A stretch of DNA of 62,885 nt, filler included, from Choristocarpus tenellus KU-1152 (Eukaryota > Protista > Phaeophyceae), in assembly GCA_964200185.2 (NCBI GenBank). It is 7 parts of 7 records of this genome, joined end to end, with 100 filler letters (N's around TTAATTAATTAA, not from the genome) between each part and the next. Parts side by side here need not be neighbours in the genome. Positions count along the whole stretch, not along the records: positions 58,858 to 62,885 come from CAXNAD020016600.1; 6 more parts are not named here. One strand, 5' to 3'. The position numbers and the translations under genes are program-made. The notes under the pieces were generated by a model, which was not told the DNA's origin, did not search any database, and was given only the letters and a program-made list of their open reading frames with translations. This document shows positions 61,427 to 62,885 of the stretch, in pieces (the stretch's first letter is position 1; each line of letters opens with the position of its first letter).

Positions 61427-61614
61427 TGAACTAACTAGTCCAACATGAAGTTCTGGTACCTATACAACACTCTTACAACACTCTTACAACACTCTTTTAG
61501 CCACAACGACAAAAGTATTGTGAACTAACTAGTCCAACATGAAGTTCTGGTACCTATACAACACTCTTACAACACTCTTACAACACTCTTTTAGCCACAA
61601 CGACAAAAGTATTG
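61427..61614 (+). repeat. Perfect 94-bp tandem duplication; each unit contains 3x ACAACACTCTT
   Basis: Units start at 61427 and 61521. Confidence 0.95.
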
Positions 61615-61667
61615 GGTAGTGCGAAGATAAGTTAAATTTCCACATTGACATACCGACCAATAGATCA

Positions 61668-61741
61668 TACTCTAGCCGGGGCTCGGACCCGGAACCTTAA
61701 AAATGTGAGACACACATTACAACCAATTAAACCACTGCAGC
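61668..61741 (-). pseudogene. Degenerate tRNA-Val(CAC)-like sequence (tRNA pseudogene or SINE head)
   Basis: Minus strand has an A-box-like TGGTTTAATTGG, loop CTCACAT and a perfect T-stem CCGGG-TCCGAGC-CCCGG. The anticodon and acceptor stems are broken. Confidence 0.6.
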
Positions 61742-62399
61742 TTTCAACCACTTCAAAATTTAAGAACCGTTTGTATATAAATATTAAAAAAAGAGAATAT
61801 TCTGTACCCAACGTGACATCCCCTATTTACTATCAATAATAGTAATTGGTAAAGCATAAAACTCGTTTTTTAAGGCACTTTTTATTTTTTAGAGGCAAAA
61901 CTTTGAGTTGTACTTAACTCTACACCACTGTATCACTAAAGCCTGTACATAGCGAAGCCCTCATAGTAGAGTTTATTGATACTATTGTGAGGTGCATTAG
62001 TAAATTATTAGTTAATTACCGATCAGGATCCTGGACTCCACAAGATGTGCTTTTTGTCTGCAGGGGAGTTCTGAGGGCTGCATGGTTCTCGAGCTGTCTA
62101 CTTCACAGTTCAGGGTTGTCGAATCGGGTATGGAAAAATATTGACCTAATAATGATTTCCAATGAAGAAATGGATTCTTCCATGTGGTGGCTGGGATTTT
62201 TGTTCACCAACAAACATGAGGGTTCACCACCGTTGAAAGCCCTTACAATCCATCAACGTTGAGAGATGCACAGGATAGATCAGGATCCTGGCATATACTT
62301 TGCATAGTGATACCTAGAAGTTTAGCGGTCGGTTTGAGGGTTGACTACGGATTGAGAATAACCTTGATCTGGTGACGTTCAAAGAAACAGCGGTTCTTC

Positions 62400-62760
62400 C
62401 AGCTAGATGGGGACTATACACAGTGTCCCACAGCCTCAAATTCACACAGTTCAAAGTCTTTTACAAGATAAAAGTGATCCCGCATGGAGGTATCAGAATT
62501 GGGGTTTGGCACAGGCTGGATCTTGGGGAAGCGCAAGTTCGGAAAGAATTTTGGCAAGGGGCTGAATACACGAAAGGAGAAGAACGTAAGCCGAAGTTTT
62601 TAGCCTGGAAAAGTGACGCTGCTAACGTGCCGGAGTGTAGAAGTTTAAGCTGAAGACGGTTAAGGAGGATGAAGAGAGTGAGCTGAGGAAGGAGAACACG
62701 GGAATGGGGATGGTATTGAGGAGGATGTGGAAGATGATAATGAGGATTAGGAAAAGGAGG
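62400..62760 (+). mobile_element. Possible decayed hAT transposase C-terminal (dimerisation) fragment
   Basis: One frame reads DPAWRYQNWG...GSASSERILARG*IHERRRT*, resembling the hAT motif SAS.ER.FS..G.I...RRN.L, followed by an acidic low-complexity tail. Contains stops and frameshifts. Confidence 0.35.
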
Positions 62761-62885
62761 ATGTGGGTGGATAGGTAATTGGAGACGTGAGAGCACATGT
62801 ATAGACTTTAAACAGTGGATTTTAAAAATTGAGGATGGAGCGTACTATTGAGGATGGTTTTGACCGAAAATGGTGCGGAAAAAGG

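Noticed and set aside
1-62885. Whole window as a giant TIR element bounded by the inverted end repeats
   Set aside because: The interior holds ordinary conserved genes across artificially joined contigs, and the end copies are diverged. Assembly breaks at a dispersed repeat explain it more simply.

Overview
Eukaryotic nuclear DNA from an intron-rich photosynthetic stramenopile (ochrophyte, probably a brown alga or close relative). This is inferred from long GT-AG introns and a signal peptide plus ASAF-type plastid presequence. The window is at least 7 contigs joined by identical artificial 100-bp linkers (44 N + TTAATTAATTAA + 44 N), so adjacency across linkers cannot be trusted. The left ~39 kb is gene-dense. 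I reconstructed exons by hand, with consistent phases, for: a complete MO25/CAB39 gene (minus, 8 exons, 353 aa) head-to-head with a complete 6xKelch-BTB (LZTR1-like) gene (plus, 9 exons, 487 aa); a partial syntaxin-6-like Qc-SNARE; and a partial RI-type LRR gene with a signal peptide (minus) head-to-head with a complete plastid-targeted six-S1-domain RNA-binding protein (plus, 14 exons, 730 aa, one GC-AG intron). The right ~24 kb is repeat-rich. It holds one RCC1-repeat exon, most copies of two related MITE families with 4-bp TSDs, a 26-bp satellite, an RTE-like LINE relic, a possible hAT relic, a tRNA-Val-like pseudogene and several orphan or decayed exons. I found no prokaryote-style system. 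The best leads are the MITE pair, the six-S1 plastid protein, gene-body CpG depletion, AAG acceptors behind long AG-free zones, and an antisense exon nested in a SNARE intron. All coordinates and counts are manual; no searches were run.
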